A stretch of 64,000 nt of DNA from Guillardia theta CCMP2712 (lineage: Eukaryota > Protista > Cryptophyta): NCBI RefSeq assembly GCF_000315625.1, contig NW_005434583.1, positions 94,032 to 158,031 on the forward strand. Reading direction: 5' to 3'. Under the pieces are notes generated by a model that saw only the letters and a program-made list of their open reading frames with translations, was not told where the DNA came from and did not search any database. Both the position numbers and the translations under genes were made by a program. Below are positions 48,069-63,000 of this stretch, piece by piece; the stretch's first letter is position 1, and every line of letters starts with the position of its first letter.

Positions 48069-51000
48069 TTAAACTAAGCTAGAGTTGCATGATAAAATGT
48101 TTGTGTCAATCGGGTTGTAGGTAGCCGAGATATCCAGTAGGTTCACACACCCAGCGGTATCCGAGCTGAACGCAATGTTGAGGTACTCGATGTCGAGCGT
48201 GATGCCTGCGGCGACTTTGATGAAGACAGTATCCTGGGCGTCACACACTATGTAGCTCGACCGATCGGACGCGCCAACGAGTTTGATATTCTGATTGAGA
48301 TTCAGGTTGCAGGGACTCGAGAAGTTCCCGCTGAGCAGGTAAACTGTGGCACCAGGATCAATGGAGTCCAACAGCGTCTGGTCAAGAAGTTGCGAAGACT
48401 TGACTGCCACGTCATTGCAGTGAGAGCCGGTGCAGACACAACTGAAGCTGCCCTCCGTGTTGACGCATTCGCCGCGCAGTGAAGTGTACTTCCCTCCTAC
48501 GCTGTCGTAGTACCTGTACAAGTTACAATCGTGATCGATGCCACAGTCGTTGATGTCTTGACAGATCGAGTTCGACGCGTCCTGGTAGTATCCGACTTGG
48601 TGGTACCCCGCTGGGCATTCATAGACGTAGTTCTCGCCTCTGCAGGAGCAGCAAACGTCTCGTGCTGTCTGCCCGGAGGGCGAGTAAATAGAAGCGATAT
48701 CCAGGCTACACCATTCCTGCCAGCTACCCTTGATCAAGTCGACAGCCCAGCTGGGAGAGTTGGAAGTCACAAATCTTGCTAAGAAGCCTGAGAGGACGGT
48801 GGAGAAGTCTGAATCGAAGGTGACGAGTAAGCCGACGCATCCAGAGCAGTTGTACTTCTGGCCGTTTGTTGGATTTCCGTCCAGCTCGAGCTCCAGCTGA
48901 GGGTTCGAGCAAGAAGCATCAGAACAGGAGTAGACCTGAACGCGATCGTAAGTTGCTTCTGTCTCAAATTCATCGAAGATGATAGACATCCACGAAAAGG
49001 AATCGCTCGGGATGAGGTACCATTGGCATATCGCATTGTTGATGTAGTCGGAATCTCCGTCCGTGATTGTCCCCGTGGATACTGTGATGGTCTTGTTCCA
49101 ACCACAGTCGTACTTGTTGCTGATGGCCGCGGCGTTTGCAGTGTAGTCAACGCAAGTCTTGCCTGCTATGTCCGACCATGCCAGGTTGTCTGAGCACGGC
49201 TCGTTCGAGACTTGCTGGAGCAAGTCGACGGTCACTGGCTGGTTTGAGACACACAATCCGTCTGCACAGGATCCAGAGCTCCAGCTTGCAGCTGGGGTCT
49301 TGCAGACCAGAAAGGTGTCGGCCAGCCATAGAACGCTCAGGCACGACTGGCTTCCTACTAAAACAGTCGGAGTGAAATCCACCGTACCGAAACCACTTCC
49401 AACGACCGTCAGGTCGTTCCCACCAGTGTACGTCCTTGACGAGTTGCTCTCCGCAATCCACAAGGCAGAGTCGCTCCCCGAGGCCTCCAGGGAAAGCAAC
49501 TGCGGAATGTCGTAGGAGAACTTCAAGGCCGACGAGGAAGCCAGCACTTCAGATGTCACGACGGCCTTCAAGTTCGAAAGGACACCACTCTCAACTTTGA
49601 CCTGGAGTGCGGAGGTAGAGACCCAGTTTGTCATCATGTTCGAAGTGAGTCCTATCCTAGAAGCAAGCGAGCCTTGTGTTCCGAACGTGTCTGCATATAG
49701 CGAGACGTTGAGACCACCTACAGTCGGTGAGTTTGACGCACTGAAATTGACGAACGAGATCAAGTCCGACGAAAATGCTTGCGTAAGACTACTGACTGCC
49801 GACTGAGAAGTGACAACAACAGCAAGACTACCCGAGATTCTTCCTTGGCCCTTCATACACCTCAGCTCCTCCTCGGACTCCCACTCCGTTGCCTCGCATG
49901 ACGTTGACCCGATCCGCCCTAGCCCCGGCGTGTACACGTCCAGCCCCACGAAAGACCCATTCAGAACAACAAAATAAGAATTTCCGTCGATTTTCGCAGC
50001 AGATCGCAACACTGGAAAGTCAAAAGTAAACACGTCGGTCGTGCTCCCTACTATGCTCCCTGCCGTCACCGTCACCAGCTTGCTCCCTCCCCCCCCGTAT
50101 GGTACGATGCAAGATATCGACGTGGTCGATACCCACTCGCTCGACTCCATCCCGCTTCCCCCTACAGCCCCTGCGCCTGTGTACGCCACGCCGTCCTCGT
50201 AGTACCCTGCGATGGTGAAGCTCCGGTATTCAAGAGCCTTTGCGATGTTTCTGGTGTTATTGAGCCCTATGTGGATGCTCATGTCGTACGAGGTCAGCTC
50301 CGTCGTCGACCCCCCGCGATCTCCGACCGTGACCGAGACTCCCTTGCTCTTGCCTATCCCTGCGCTCGCATAGCATACGATCGAGGTGTCCGACTCCCAC
50401 TCCGTCCCCTCGCTTGCCGTCCCGCCTATCCTCCCTGTCCCCGTCACGTCCTGTAGCCCCAGCCCGCTCCCAGTCAGCGTCAGCATCACGGACCCTGTGC
50501 TCGCGAGGTTTGCTCGCTCGTCGCTCGCGTCCCGCATGATCATAGGAGCGTCGTGAGACATAGCCTCTGTCAGCGTCTGCGATACCAACATCGTCGACGT
50601 CAAGACGTACCTCAGGCTCGCTCCTGTCCCTCCGACGCCCTTCATACACCTCAGCTCCTCCTCGGACTCCCACTCCGTTGCCTCGCATGACGTTGACCCG
50701 ATCCGCCCTAGCCCCGGCGTGTACACGTCCAGCCCCACGAAAGACCCGTTGATCAACACGGTGTAGGAGTCCGTGCCTGCATAGTTGCTCTGGTTGCTCA
50801 CGGACTGCACTGTTGGTACATCGTACGTGTACACGTCGGTCGTGCTCCCTACTATGCTCCCTGCCGTCACCGTCACCAGCTTGCTCCCTCCCCCCCCGTA
50901 TGGTACGATGCAAGATATCGACGTGGTCGATACCCACTCGCTCGACTCCATCCCGCTTCCCCCTACAGCCCCTGCGCCTGTGTACGCCACGCCGTCCTCG

Positions 51001-54000
51001 TAGTACCCTGCGATGGTGAAGCTCCGGTATTCAAGAGACTTTGCGATGTTTCTGGTGTTATTGAGCCCTATGTGGATGCTCATGTCGTACGAGGTCAGCT
51101 CCGTCGTCGACCCCCCGCGATCTCCGACCGTGACCGAGACTCCCTTGCTCTTGCCTATCCCTGCGCTCGCATAGCATACGATCGAGGTGTCCGACTCCCA
51201 CTCCGTCCCCTCGCTTGCCGTCCCGCCTATCCTCCCTGTCCCCGTCACGTCCTGTAGCCCCAGCCCGCTCCCCAGCACCCGTACCCTCACGCTCCCCGTC
51301 GTGGGAAGATTATGAATATCAGCCACGTTGACGGACGATACTGACGCAACCTCCGCTGATACCGCCTCCGTCATCGACCCGCTCAGCTGCCCTGCTGTGA
51401 TCACCACGCTCCTGCTCCCCGCCGTGACCCCTGCGGCCTGACATACGATCGAGGTGTCCGACTCCCACTCCGTCCCCTCGCTTGCCGTCCCGCCTATCCT
51501 CCCTGTCCCCGTCACGTCCTGTAGCCCCAGCCCGCTCCCAGTCAGCGTCAGCATCACGGACCCTGTGCTCGCGAGGTTTGCTCGCTCGTCGCTCGCGTCC
51601 CGCATGATCATAGGAGCGTCGTGAGACATAGCCTCTGTCAGCGTCTGCGATACCAACATCGTCGACGTCAAGACGTACCTCAGGCTCGCTCCTGTCCCTC
51701 CGACGCCCTTCATACACCTCAGCTCCTCCTCGGACTCCCACTCCGTTGCCTCGCATGACGTTGACCCGATCCGCCCTAGCCCCGGCGTGTACACGTCCAG
51801 CCCCACGAAAGACCCGTTGATCAACACGGTGTAGGAGTCCGTGCCTGCATAGTTGCTCTGGTTGCTCACGGACTGCACTGTTGGTACATCGTACGTGTAC
51901 ACGTCGGTCGTGCTCCCTACTATGCTCCCTGCCGTCACCGTCACCAGCTTGCTCCCTCCCCCCCCGTATGGTACGATGCAAGATATCGACGTGGTCGATA
52001 CCCACTCGCTCGACTCCATCCCGCTTCCCCCTACAGCCCCTGCGCCTGTGTACGCCACGCCGTCCTCGTAGTACCCTGCGATGGTGAAGCTCCGGTATTC
52101 AAGAGACTTTGCGATGTTTCTGGTGTTATTGAGCCCTATGTGGATGCTCATGTCGTACGAGGTCAGCTCCGTCGTCGACCCCCCGCGATCTCCGACCGTG
52201 ACCGAGACTCCCTTGCTCTTGCCTATCCCTGCGCTCGCATAGCATACGATCGAGGTGTCCGACTCCCACTCCGTCCCCTCGCTTGCCGTCCCGCCTATCC
52301 TCCCTGTCCCCGTCACGTCCTGTAGCCCCAGCCCGCTCCCCAGCACCCGTACCCTCACGCTCCCCGTCGTGGGCATGTTGGGAAAGTCCGCCACGTTGAC
52401 GGACGATACTGACGCTACCTCCGCTGATACCGCCTCCGTCATCGACCCGCTCAGCTGCCCTGCTGTGATCACCACGCTCCTGCTCCCCGCCGTGACCCCT
52501 GCGGCCTGACATACGATCGAGGTGTCCGACTCCCACTCCGTCCCCTCGCTTGCCGTCCCGCCTATCCTCCCTGTCCCCGTCACGTCCTGTAGCCCCAGCC
52601 CGCTCCCCAGCACCCGTACCCTCACGCTCCCCGTCGTGGGCATGTTGGGAAAGTCCGCCACGTTGACGGACGATACTGACGCTACCTCCGCTGATACCGC
52701 CTCCGTCATCGACCCGCTCAGCTGCCCTGCTGTGATCACCACGCTCCTGCTCCCCGCCGTGACCCCTGCGGCCTGACATACGATCGAGGTGTCCGACTCC
52801 CACTCCGTCCCCTCGCTTGCCGTCCCGCCTATCCTCCCTGTCCCCGTCACGTCCTGTAGCCCCAGCCCGCTCCCCAGCACCCGTACCCTCACGCTCCCCG
52901 TCGTGGGAAGATTATGAATATCAGCCACGTTGACGGACGATACTGACGCTACCTCCGCTGATACCGCCTCCGTCATCGACCCGCTCAGCTGCCCTGCTGT
53001 GATCACCACGCTCCTGCTCCCCGCCGTGACCCCTGCGGCCTGACATACGATCGAGGTGTCCGACTCCCACTCCGTCCCCTCGCTTGCCGTCCCGCCTATC
53101 CTCCCTGTCCCCGTCACGTCCTGTAGCCCCAGCCCGCTCCCAGTCAGCGTCAGCATCACGGACCCTGTGCTCGCGAGGTTTGCTCGCTCGTCGCTCGCGT
53201 CCCGCATGATCATAGGAGCGTCGTGAGACATAGCCTCTGTCAGCGTCTGCGATACCAACATCGTCGACGTCAAGACGTACCTCAGGCTCGCTCCTGTCCC
53301 TCCGACGCCCTTCATACACCTCAGCTCCTCCTCGGACTCCCACTCCGTTGCCTCGCATGACGTTGACCCGATCCGCCCTAGCCCCGGCGTGTACACGTCC
53401 AGCCCCACGAAAGACCCGTTGATCAACACGGTGTAGGAGTCCGTGCCTGCATAGTTGCTCTGGTTGCTCACGGACTGCACTGTTGGTACATCGTACGTGT
53501 ACACGTCGGTCGTGCTCCCTACTATGCTCCCTGCCGTCACCGTCACCAGCTTGCTCCCTCCCCCCCCGTATGGTACGATGCAAGATATCGACGTGGTCGA
53601 TACCCACTCGCTCGACTCCATCCCGCTTCCCCCTACAGCCCCTGCGCCTGTGTACGCCACGCCGTCCTCGTAGTACCCTGCGATGGTGAAGCTCCGGTAT
53701 TCAAGAGACTTTGCGATGTTTCTGGTGTTATTGAGCCCTATGTGGATGCTCATGTCGTACGAGGTCAGCTCCGTCGTCGACCCCCCGCGATCTCCGACCG
53801 TGACCGAGACTCCCTTGCTCTTGCCTATCCCTGCGCTCGCATAGCATACGATCGAGGTGTCCGACTCCCACTCCGTCCCCTCGCTTGCCGTCCCGCCTAT
53901 CCTCCCTGTCCCCGTCACGTCCTGTAGCCCCAGCCCGCTCCCCAGCACCCGTACCCTCACGCTCCCCGTCGTGGGAAGATTATGAATATCAGCCACGTTG

Positions 54001-57000
54001 ACGGACGATACTGACGCTACCTCCGCTGATACCGCCTCCGTCATCGACCCGCTCAGCTGCCCTGCTGTGATCACCACGCTCCTGCTCCCCGCCGTGACCC
54101 CTGCGGCCTGACATACGATCGAGGTGTCCGACTCCCACTCCGTCCCCTCGCTTGCCGTCCCGCCTATCCTCCCTGTCCCCGTCACGTCCTGTAGCCCCAG
54201 CCCGCTCCCCAGCACCCGTACCCTCACGCTCCCCGTCGTGGGCATGTTGGGAAAGTCCGCCACGTTGACGGACGATACTGACGCTACCTCCGCTGATACC
54301 GCCTCCGTCATCGACCCGCTCAGCTGCCCTGCTGTGATCACCACGCTCCTGCTCCCCGCCGTGACCCCTGCGGCCTGACATACGATCGAGGTGTCCGACT
54401 CCCACTCCGTCCCCTCGCTTGCCGTCCCGCCTATCCTCCCTGTCCCCGTCACGTCCTGTAGCCCCAGCCCGCTCCCCAGCACCCGTACCCTCACGCTCCC
54501 CGTCGTGGGCATGTTGAGAAAGTCCACAGTATTCACTGTTGAGATCATTGGTAAGTCCGCAGATATTGTCTCCGTGATGGTATACGTGATGATGCTATTT
54601 GTGATCACAACGGATTTGCTTCCTAGCAGTATTGTTTGGGCCATACATTTTGCAGCACTATCCGATATCCAAGATGTACTTTCAGTTGCAGTGTAACTGA
54701 ATCTTGTTGACAAAGTCTTGTGATCTCGAGCAAAGTTTATACCGATGACTGTCCATGTTCGAGACCCAGTGGATGCAAAGTTCATCGGCTTTGTGAAATT
54801 TTCCAGAGATATAGAAGGATGGTCTGTTGAAAAGAGCTCCGTCAAGGAGCCAGTGGTAATCATTGCAGTCATCACTATTTTCGAAGTCTGAAATGATCCT
54901 GACAACGTCTTGCAAGCAATGGAAGTTTCACTTTCCCAAACACTTGCTTCACAAGAAGACAGACCGACTCGTCCTTTCATTGTCACAGTGTTGGAACAGA
55001 AGAAAGAACCACTCACAGTCATGGTTCTTGCATGTAGTGCTGGGCTATTGTACAAGGTCCTGGTCTCGTTGGTTTGATTGGCAAACTGATTCTGTGCAAA
55101 CAATACGAAGTATGGAATGTAAGGAACGCAGTACTTGTCCGGGGCTGTGTTCGGGTCATCGTTGCACAGGCAGTGGAAATAGCATTTGCAGGCTGTCCTG
55201 TCCCAGACGCCCTTGGGAAACCGATTGCAGGGGTCCAACTTGAGCTTGACCTCGGTTGGGTTGCTGGTGATCTGTTTGGGTGAAAGCGCAGAAAAGAAGA
55301 TCGAAGTGTTCGATGTCAGGATGACACTGACTGCGGCAGATTTGTCCATCTTCGTCTGTATGCGATTGCTAGAGCCATTCTGCGCTTCGATCCAATAGAA
55401 GACCTCTGAATCTTCTCTAACAGTGTTGACTCGCAGCTCGATAACCTCACTGTTGGAGGCCTGGCACAACTCATCCACCTTGACATACTGCACGTACTTC
55501 AGCGCTACCTCAGAGTTCACATCACGTTGTATGTGTATGCTATTCGTGCTGAAATTGACCGCCAGCACTTGCATCGCTCGATTTCGGCCGATGCGAACGG
55601 GTGGATGTTGTACTTTGGCAGTGTCGGTGAACCCAACCTCTCGCACATCAGCGACGAAGATCTGAGCATCGCCAGGCAGATAGTCTCGAATTAGAAGCGA
55701 CCCTGGGAAGTCTTTCCTCCACAGTCGGGTTGGGCCCTCATCCACGTTGTCCCCGATCAAATTTCCAGACGAGCACAGTCCCTGATTCACGGTTTCACAA
55801 GGAATCCTCATGACGGCCCCGCAGTAACTCGAGCTGTTGTCAAAGATGAATTCGAAGGGTTTAGGTACATAAGCAGGCTTTTCCTCTCGCAAGGTTTGCT
55901 CATAATATAAGACTATCGCATCAATCTCAGCGGGGTCTAACGCACGGGGCCACACGGCAATCTCTGCCACAGCCCAAGGGCTCGTGCGATATTTGTTGAT
56001 GAAGATTTCAGTGTTGACATTCCAATTCCTGTCGATCTTCGACTTGAACGAGAATCGCTGCCCCATACTGGATAACACGAAATATTTCTCACCAGTGTTC
56101 TGCCCACAGAATACATTCCAATTCGTGTGGTTAATCTCGAACCTTCCTTCTGCCTCCATGATGTTCTCGAAAGCTCCTGAATCTTTGTAGTGAATGTAGA
56201 GGATTCCAGTCTGATTCCCCGATACTGCTCTCCGCCTTGCAACGCAACAGATGGTTGAGTCAGAGGTCAGAAGGGGAGCAGGGAACCTCACGCTTGTGTC
56301 TGCGTATCCTTCTACAGCAGCCATGGGGTAAACAGCGCCGTAACCTGACACGTTCTCAAGCACTGCAAGACCTGGGTAATGATCTCTGATGTTGCCTTGT
56401 TCCTCTACGAAAGCATGGAGCCTGTTGCCAGAAGAATCTTGCCAAACTTGGGAGCTCTGGTCGAAGTCCCAGGCCTTGAATCTGCCATGAAGAGCTGAGA
56501 CAACCTCTCGTTGGTATGTCACTGAGGGAGCTTCCGTCTTCCTGGGGACCTCAAACTTCTGTTGAGCCAAGAAACTGTCTTTCGAGCCCTCTGTGACTCT
56601 CTTGGCCAGTATAGTGAGCTGCTCTGGGATGTCCTCAACCTTGCGCGAGATCGATGCCCTCGAGTGATTGACTTGCAGATTGATGTCAAAGAATCCAGTC
56701 GGCAAAGCTCCATCGAACGAATTTCCAGCAACATCTGTCGATCGCAAGATGTCAAGTGTTTCACTCAGGAATTCCGTCATCTCAACGGAATTGTCTAGCA
56801 ATAGCTTGCGTTGGAAGAAGAGAGAGCCGGCAGGACAGAAAGTTGTGTTGAATGGAGGAAAGCAGACAATGGTGTAATAAACTTGGGAAAGACTGGAGGC
56901 ATTCTGCAGCTTCAGGTATGCAAAGGTCGTGAATGAATCGTTCCTTGTTCCGACTAGAAGCGATTGAACCGACGTGGATGCGTTACCTTGGAAACGAGGA

Positions 57001-60000
57001 GGCGAAAATCGTCCAACATCGAGGCCGCAAGTAAAGGGAGGAGTGACTTGTGAGTAGACGAACGGCTTGACCGACACGAAGGGAAGTATGACAATCTTAA
57101 GATCCACGAAGAACCTCGGCAGGTACGGCGTGTCCTTCAGGAAATACCTCAAGGTCAAATTGCCCGAGGAGTGGGAGATCCTGACCCCCTGGAAGTCTGC
57201 GTGCCCCTGTTGCATGTAGACCTCGAACGGCTGGACGTAGTTGTCGTCGAGCTGGTCCCCATCAGAGTTGTAAACTATGAGCTTCACTCGGAAGTTATCG
57301 CTGGTTGCAATCTGACTGATTACGGCTGCATCCTTGCCCAAGGCTGAAATCCGGACAGTAGGCGCAAGAACAACGTCACGTGAATCCAATAGAGCAATAG
57401 CTACGTTCTGGCCCTCGTACGATACCTTCTGCTGATTCAGGAAGTCCTCCACAATCGAGCTGGAGACCGTAGGGCGAGCATATTCCGAGAGTTCCACTTG
57501 ATATGGAAAGATCGTGAAAGTGGATGAAATCGCGGTCAAATTGTGGAACTGACATCCTGAAGGAAATGAGTCGATGGCGAAAGAGAATCGATAATAGAAT
57601 TCTCTGCCGGCGAGGTGCAGGATTGTGAGGTTCTGGAAGACTGCTGTACCGTTGACAAACATAAGGTCAGTCTCGCCAACAAGGTTGTCGTAGACGTCCT
57701 GTGCTCTCATGAGCTCTAATTTCACTCGAAAGCCATCAGAGGTCTGTACAGCCTTGATCAGGTTCTGATCTTCGTCGAGGAGAGCGACGACCATCCGGTC
57801 AAGGAGCTCTCCCTCGAAGATGATGCTTTTCACCGGCGATATCAGTTTGATGCTCTTCGGCTGGATGAAGAATGAACTCGAGGAGTTGATGATGTCCGAC
57901 ACTGTGGACTGCAAGACTTGGAGGTCTGTCGTGCCGTTGACTCGCAGTTGGTATGTCAGAGCAAAGTGTGCACCAGCTGACGACAGAAGTTTGACAGAGC
58001 TCGGCACCATGGCCCCGTGATGGAGGAGGAAGGTAGTCGACCCTGCGATATGAGTGCTGCCGAGCTCCTCTCCTCCAGTTTTGACCATCACATGCACGTA
58101 GATCGTGTCGTCCAAGTTTGACAGCTGCTGACGTCCGTTGTGCAGGGATGCGACCGGCAAGTGAAGATAATCCCCTGTGATGATGGGACAGAGAAACGTC
58201 TCGGAAAGGTGGATAAATTGCGGCAAGACTGTTAACAAGCCTGTTTCGGCATGTAGATTATCTAGAGCAAATTCAAACTTGAACCTTGTCCCAACGACCG
58301 TCTTGATCCCAAATGAAAATCTGGTTGTTCCACCTACGACTACGAGCTCTGTTGAACCCACCAAGTATTCATATGTGTAGTCATCACTGTCGTAGAGCAA
58401 TTTTGCAGTTATGACGAAAGAATCCTCAGACTTGAGGTCTGTCAGAACGTTGCCTTCAATATCCAAGACAGAGACGTTGATGGCGACAACTTCATTGGGA
58501 CCTTCTCCCGTGTACGAGTTGTAGATGTACGGAGAGTCTTGTTCGACCTTCAAAGCGTGTGGCAAGACAAGAAAGGGTTCAGACAGATTGCTCAGGACAA
58601 CTTGTGACTGTTGCAGATCTACCATCTCGAAAAAGAATTGATGCAATCCCCCAGAGTTTGTGAAGGCGATTCCGTCGATACTGAATAGGTTCCCTTCGAT
58701 CGCACGTTCAACTCGCTGAAGTGTGACATGGGAGACATGCAGACACCCGTCAAGGTATGAGATGTGCTCAAAATTCTTGCTCAAGGGATTCAAGACCAGC
58801 ACAGAAAATTCAAGATCAGCTTCCATGGGATGTGTTGAAATGAAGTCAACAATCACCGCCCTGGTGTTCAAGTCAAACCCGACGCAATAGGAGCCGTTCA
58901 CTTGGCATAGACCGAAAGCATAGCGCAACCAACTCTGAGTCGCAGGCCAAGCTATCTCTATGCCCACAACATGCAGTTGAGACGCGATGCAACAAAGAGA
59001 AAGGCTGGAGCCGCCGATGACGTCAAAGTTGAATGCTGCTCGCACAGAGATTGCCATCTTCACTCCAGGTTGCGAAGAATTGGACTGCACATCTGCAAGC
59101 ACAAACCCTGGCTCAAGCACCTTCAGCGGTGCGGCATCTCCTGCCTTGGATCCTTTCCTTTGTGGGACACGCGAATCATCAGGGCTCATGTCCACAGCTG
59201 CGATGATGAGGACACCACTGGGTGAGAAGCATGCGATCGAGACGAGCCTCCCAGCTTGAGCCGTCCAAGGGTTGACGAAGGAAATGACGAAGATGACAGG
59301 CTCTCCCGCCAAGATGTCAACGCGTGTCGTCAGATTCACTTGCCCTCCAACACCGAACGAGAGCCCAGAGAAATGAGCGTCATTCGAATCCAAGGAGAAG
59401 GACTGAGGGCCAGTCAGATTCGTGAGAACGATCGTAGAGGCGCTGGGTATCAGAACATTGCTGGTAATAGTGACATTGATGGAGTTGGCAACTCCAGGAT
59501 AGGGATCCGCCTGCCCTATGTTCTTCACGAAAAATTGAGGCGCCGAGACTGAGAACGGATAGATGTTGCTTGGAGTACCATCGACTGCAGTGCATGTCGA
59601 AACTTTTGTCTGCGCGATCTGATAAAATCCCTCTAATCCGCAGGAAGAGTTGTATGAGACGCTCACATAGATGTCCAAAGAAGGAATACTTGTTTCTGAT
59701 TCCGGATTCTGTACAAGAAAGGTAACTTGGGAAAACGCTCCAGCTGCTTGAACGCTCTTCACAGGGAGAGAAATTCTGCTCGTGTCTTCAGACAAAGTCA
59801 GTCCATCCTGTGGATACACTATGAAGGAAGACGTTGGAGAGTAACTCGGAGAGGCCTTGTCGCTTACCAATGATATCGTACCATCGAAACTCAATGTTAT
59901 CAGATCTCCGGAGTGCAGGTCGACGTTCGCGCTGAATCGTAAAGTGATGGAGTTGTTCTGACCAGGGAACGAGGAACTCTGCTGAATCTCCTTCACCGAG

Positions 60001-63000
60001 AACTTTGGATCCTCGATCGCAAGACCGCTAGACAGGACTGGATTCAAGTGTTAGCAGATGGAAGCATCATACAGGAGATCTTACCTTCTCTGACCGCACT
60101 ACAAGAATCTCGGACTATCTGATATGCGGACACACCTATGGGCAAAGGGCTTCTGACGTCTATCGCAAACAATGCTATGCTGACATTCATGTTTCCTGTG
60201 CTGGGGTTGGTCAAGTTGAGGGAGACTTCAACTGACTGCCCAGCATGCAACGAGTAGTTGACCGAAAGTTCAACTGTGCTGCCGTTGGTATCAACTGATG
60301 ACACTCCGATGGATTCCTGCAAGAAGCATCCAACGGCCGGATTGCTACAATCCACGTCCATGCAAGCATAGGAGGGATGATTCGATGACCCGCTCGGACT
60401 GCAGAGTTCGGCATAACCACTGCTTGAAGTGTTCAACAAACAGTTGAATCGCAACGTTGCAAGCTGTGAGAAATTGACGGCTGACGGAGCAGAGATGCGG
60501 AGGATGAAACCAGTCACCAGGTCATAATTGCTTGACACTGAAGTCCTTAGAGTGTTGTTGGCGCAGGGAAATAGATTGTCGTACACGTAGCTGACTGCAA
60601 TCAAAGGCCCGTCAGACGCGACAAGCTGGTTATAAGTCATCCCATACATCGACTCGTTCAGCTGCAACAGGACCGCCTCGCTCTCTCGGGCAACACAAGG
60701 GTTTCTAACTGCAAACTCCAAGTGACAGGCTCCAGGCAGAACCTGGTCATTGCCCGTAACAATGAACAGGTTTCCAGTGACGTTGTCCCAGTGATCAAGA
60801 GAAAGACTGCAGTTCGAGACAAAGGAATTATCCTCATACACAAATGTCGAGGTCAAACCCCGTACAATACACTGATTCACTCCACACTGAAATTCAGCAT
60901 TGGAAAGAAATGAAATGCTGATAAGGTTGCGACTTGCAGGATCTCTTGAACTCTGAGCTACCTTCAATTCGGTTACCAGGTAGCTTGATGTCTGAAAGGG
61001 CTGGGCACAGTTCCCCGACTCAAACTTAGATTTCGAAATAAAATGACTTCCAGAAGATGCAATTTGCACGGAAGATGTAGATATGAAGGAAGGATTCTGC
61101 AGAACGAAAGAAAATTCATACAGAATTCCAGAAGAAAGGGTCGAATTGAGTGGGATGCTTACAATCAAGGTACCCATGGCTCTATACCACTTGGCAACAG
61201 TAAAAATGTCACGGTTCTGACTGTACAATGGAATCTCTGGGTATGAAGTCCCTGAAGCATACAAGCCTGTGATTGAGATCACACTACCGTCCTTTCCATA
61301 AAGATCAACGTTTGAGATTAAGCTAACGTGAATCCTGTTGCTTGCGCCGACATATGATGATGTCTGACAAATGATCTTAGTTGTGAAAGCGGCCCCAGTG
61401 ACAGTTAAATCGAAGGTAGGGCTCACTCTGACAACGGGCAAATGTGAGCTTGATATTGTTGAATTGATCGTGATTCGTATGGCGGAAGAAAATTCTCTGC
61501 AGGTAGAACAAGCTGAACAATTTACTGTCGACCTGAATACTGAGAAGTTCATGGCAAAGGCATCGGCTTCGCTCAAGCCGTCAACCACGTTACCGAAAGA
61601 GTCAACTATAGAAACGAGCAGAGGGGGCAAGGTCTTCCCCAAGGAGACATTAGAGAGCAGTGACTGGCTCAAGAATAGAAGTTGTGAAGGTAAAACAGTG
61701 AAATTCCATGTCGAGGCAAAAACCAACCTTGAAAAAGGAAATTCTGCATGAAACTCTAGCCTGTAACCACGACCAGCCTTCTTTACTGGTCGTATGCCAG
61801 CGAAGCGAGCTGTTCCATTGACGACTGATTCTGTCGTGATTCCTGACAAAGCGGAGGCGTAAGGCATGTAAGCATTCTCAAGCGAAATGTAAAGGCCGAC
61901 AGAATTGTTGATGGCAAAGGAAGGCCTAATACGGGTCAAACGGGCAGAGACTTGCACATCCTGAGCAACAGTGTCAATTTTCATGTCATAGTCCCGGATC
62001 TTGACGTCCAAGATGTCCGGAAAATAGGTGGTAACATTCCATGGAACAAAAAGATTGTAAGGCAAAAGAATAAATTGATTTGAATTTACAGTGAAAAGTA
62101 CAACACTCTCGACATTCAGTTGGAATCGCAAGGTGTATGTGGATGGACACTTTGAGAGAGCTCCTAACTCAATGGAAACGTCTGTGAAACGAGCATTTCT
62201 TTGTATAAGAGGAATTTGGACAGTCCCGGTTAAAGTGACTGTCGCGTCGGTTGCGCTGTCAATTTCAACTGAAACTGTAGGATTAGATAGAATATAGAGG
62301 TCGAGCGGAAGCTCAGGAATCTTCGGCTCAAGCGTAACTGTGAAGACCCCGAGTTGTTGACCGCAAAAATGGTTTGAGATATTAGATGCCACCAGAAAAC
62401 CACCATTCTGCAAACTGAATTCGGGCGATGATACCCAGGCAATGCCACCCACATGCTCAAAGAATAATGTATATTTCTTGCCCATACCAATCAAGGACAG
62501 CTTCTGAAACGCGAAAGCATTGAAAGCTTGAGAAAAATTTACGATTGTGGGTCCTTGGACGTATCCATGCCCTGTTATGTCATTCTGCAACAAGCTCATC
62601 TTGATTTTGAATCTATCTTCTGGTATCACAATCAAGCTTTCACCTTTTGAATTGACAAATGTCAACAAAATAGTGTCAATGAATTCGTAAGAACTAGGAA
62701 ACAGGGTTCTTGAATCAAAATTAAGCCTTGTTGGAACAACCGTGATATTTGACGTGTTTACGCAAAATCCTAGGTCTTGCATACAGATTTGCAAGAAAAA
62801 AGGTGACCCCGTGAGCAAATCGATGTACAAATCGTCGAATATTGCAAGTCCATCGTTGCCGAAGCCTTGAACTTTGGTACCCATCAGACTTGAAGTAACT
62901 TCTGATTGATCTCGATTAAACATTTGAGCCGCAACGCTGTAACTTTGAAAACTTACATAATAGTTGTTGCACAAATTCCTATCAAAGAAGGAGACAGGAA

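Noticed and set aside
49849-54515. CRISPR-like or transposon interpretation of the regular repeats
   Set aside because: The units are in-frame 267-bp protein modules with no unique spacers, no cas or transposase genes, and a eukaryotic context.
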